A stretch of DNA of 64,000 bases from Lingula anatina (Eukaryota; Animalia; Brachiopoda). Each line of letters begins with the position of its first letter. The stretch's first letter is position 1. A program made the position numbers and the translations under genes. Location: positions 42,910,401 through 42,974,400 of the forward strand of contig CM120641.1 in NCBI GenBank assembly GCA_051362555.1, read 5' to 3'. Below, in pieces: positions 52,547-64,000 of the stretch. The notes under the pieces are model-generated. The model did no database searches, was not told where the DNA came from, and worked only from the letters and a program-made list of their open reading frames with translations.

Positions 52547-64000
<11,454 letters not shown>

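Overview
AT-rich, intron-dense eukaryotic (metazoan) genomic DNA; the protostome-type UNC79 N-terminus and the repeat types suggest a lophotrochozoan such as a mollusc (inference). Two + strand multi-exon genes fill most of the window. One is a complete UNC79 (NALCN channelosome scaffold; ATG 11854, stop 49965, about 54 exons traced by hand, including symmetric candidate cassette exons). The other is WDR27 (ATG 52547, 23 exons, cut off in its last exon at the window end). Introns carry three non-autonomous Helentron/DINE-1-like families (two with ~146-bp or 161-bp tandem cores), MITEs, a TTAA-flanked Kolobok-like element that keeps a clean coding exon, and a TA-flanked TIR element. The first ~11 kb is mostly intergenic or repetitive. 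I see no unambiguous new multi-gene system. The best leads are a 15-aa tandem array of calcineurin PxIxIT-like motifs in one UNC79 exon, a U12-type intron with a variant GTGTCCTT donor, two GC-AG introns, and rearranged or chimeric Helentron elements that appear to be generating satellite arrays. Most entries in the ORF track are exon fragments or noise. Coordinates were counted by hand and may be off by a few bases.
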